From contig OZ253470.1 of NCBI GenBank assembly GCA_965261735.1, forward strand, positions 2,944,001-3,008,000: DNA of 64,000 nt. Reading direction: 5' to 3'. A program made the position numbers and the translations under genes. The DNA is from Alphaproteobacteria bacterium (GTDB lineage Bacteria > Pseudomonadota > Alphaproteobacteria > SHVV01). Below the pieces are notes generated by a model. The model saw nothing but the letters and a program-made list of their open reading frames with translations. It was not told the origin of the DNA and did not search any database. Numbering within the stretch: the stretch's first letter is position 1; the number at the start of each line of letters is the position of its first letter. Below, piece by piece: positions 62,283 through 64,000 of the stretch.

Positions 62283-64000
62283 ATGGAGCGTACCGGTAAA
62301 GAGGCGGCCATAGACGAATCGGCGCGCCGCCGCCCGTGGCGTGACCCTGAAGGCGGCGAGGTCGAGCCCGAGCTACCGCGCCCGGACGCGGGTCGCGCGG
62401 TCATTAACGCCCAGCTCAAGACCATGCCGGCGAGCCCGGGCGTGTACCGCATGCTCGACGCCGAGGGCAACGCGCTCTACGTCGGCAAGGCCAAGAATCT
62501 GAGGAGGCGCGTCATCAGCTACGTCCGGCTGCGCGGCCAGTCCAACCGTATCCACCGCATGGTGGCGGCGACGGCGGCGCTCGAAATCATCACCACCCAT
62601 ACCGAAGTCGAGGCCCTGCTCCTCGAATCCAACCTGATCAAGGAGCTCAAGCCGCGCTTCAACGTTATTCTGCGCGACGACAAGTCCTTTCCCTACATCG
62701 TCATCACCGGTGACACACCCTGGGCCCAGATCGGTAAGCACCGCGGCGCGCGGACCCGCAAGGGCGAATATTTCGGCCCGTTCGCGTCCGCGGGCGCGGT
62801 CAATCAAACCCTCAACGCGCTCCAGCGCGCCTTCCCGCTGCGCACCTGCAGCGACGCGGTCTTCGAGAGCCGAACCCGCCCGTGCCTGCAGTACCAGATC
62901 AAGCGCTGCACCGCGCCCTGCGTTGGCCGCATCAGCCGAGCCGACTACGACGCCCTGGTCGATGAGGCGCGCAGCTTCCTCTCGGGGCGCAGCCATGAGG
63001 TCCAGCACCACCTGTCGCAGCGCATGCAGGAGGCGAGCGGCGCTCTCGACTTCGAGGCGGCGGCGGTCTACCGCGACCGCATTCGGGCGCTGGCACAGAT
63101 TCAGGCGCGCCAGGGGATCAACGTGGCGACCCTCGATGCCGCCGACGTCATCGCCGCCCACCAGGAAGCGGGCCAGGTGTGCGTGCAGGTGTTTTTCTTT
63201 CGCTCGGGGCAGAACTACGGCAACCGCGCCTACTTCCCGCGCCACGACCGCCAAATCGAGGTGGAAGAGGTGCTGGCCGCCTTTATCGGCCAGTTCTACG
63301 CCGAGCGAACCCCGCCGGCGCTGATCCTGTTGAGTCACGAGCCGCACAACCATGCTCTGCTCGCGGAGGCCCTGTCGGTGCGAGCCGGGCGGCGCGTGCG
63401 CCTCGTTCTGCCCGCCCGCGGCGCCAAGTTCGAACTCGTCGAGCACGCTCGGCGCAATGCCCACGAGGCGCTCAGCCGCCGGCTCGCGGAAAGCGCCTCG
63501 CAGCGCCGCCTGCTCGAGGGCGTCGCCGCGGCGTTCGGTCTCGATGCCCCGCCCGAGCGCATCGAGGTCTACGACAACTCCCACATTTCGGGCGCCCATC
63601 CCGTCGGCAGCATGATCGTCGCCGGACCGGAGGGCTACACGAAGAACGCCTACCGCAAGTTCTCGATCCGCGACCAGACCATCGCGCCCGGCGATGACTA
63701 TGCCATGCTGCGCGAGGTTCTGACGCGGCGCTTCTCGCGCCTCCTCCGCGAGGACCAGGCACGCGACAGGGGACAATGGCCCGATCTGGTGCTGATCGAC
63801 GGTGGCGCCGGCCAGCTGGCGGTAGCGCGCTCGGTCTTCGCCGACCTCGGCGTGAGCGACGTGCCGCTGGCCGCCATCGCCAAGGGACCCGACCGCAACG
63901 CCGGCCGCGAGCAGTTCCATGTGCCCGAGCGCGCTCCCTTCGCGCTCGAGCCGCGCGACCCGGTGCTCTATTTCCTGCAGCGCCTACGCGACGAGGCCCA
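62283..64000 (+). CDS. uvrC: Excinuclease ABC subunit C (runs off window)
   Basis: Manual translation: PGVYRM...[43 protein letters not shown]. Confidence 0.95.
   Translation, partial: MERTGKEAAIDESARRRPWRDPEGGEVEPELPRPDAGRAVINAQLKTMPASPGVYRMLDAEGNALYVGKAKNLRRRVISYVRLRGQSNRIHRMVAATAALEIITTHTEVEALLLESNLIKELKPRFNVILRDDKSFPYIVITGDTPWAQIGKHRGARTRKGEYFGPFASAGAVNQTLNALQRAFPLRTCSDAVFESRTRPCLQYQIKRCTAPCVGRISRADYDALVDEARSFLSGRSHEVQHHLSQRMQEASGALDFEAAAVYRDRIRALAQIQARQGINVATLDAADVIAAHQEAGQVCVQVFFFRSGQNYGNRAYFPRHDRQIEVEEVLAAFIGQFYAERTPPALILLSHEPHNHALLAEALSVRAGRRVRLVLPARGAKFELVEHARRNAHEALSRRLAESASQRRLLEGVAAAFGLDAPPERIEVYDNSHISGAHPVGSMIVAGPEGYTKNAYRKFSIRDQTIAPGDDYAMLREVLTRRFSRLLREDQARDRGQWPDLVLIDGGAGQLAVARSVFADLGVSDVPLAAIAKGPDRNAGREQFHVPERAPFALEPRDPVLYFLQRLRDEA

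Overview
High-GC alphaproteobacterial chromosome segment (Rhodospirillales-like by gene content; inference). Core genes (heterodimeric ABC exporter, envZ/ompR-like pair, ilvE, msrP, EF-G2, aspartate aminotransferase, uvrB, folB, uvrC) alternate with heavily IS-scarred accessory DNA. Mobile content: two IS110/IS1111 right ends with bridge/seek-RNA regions, two IS256, five IS1595 copies of two types, IS5, IS6, IS3 and IS630 elements or remnants, and a group II intron. There are also decayed defence and phage genes (PHP-ATPase, N6-methylase, HEPN-MNT, terminase). The most striking signal is RNA-guided targeting of other transposons, readable from the sequence. (i) An orphan IS1111 bridge-RNA region at 16511-16720 has target guides that spell the IS6 transposase codons YETVRR, and it sits in an IS6 at that codon. 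(ii) A group II intron has a candidate EBS1 that pairs with the conserved DEKS/QIQAL site of IS630, inside a four-level nest (cupredoxin-like gene > IS1595 > IS630 > intron). All family assignments come from motif recognition by eye, not database searches. Single-base frameshifts could be sequencing errors.
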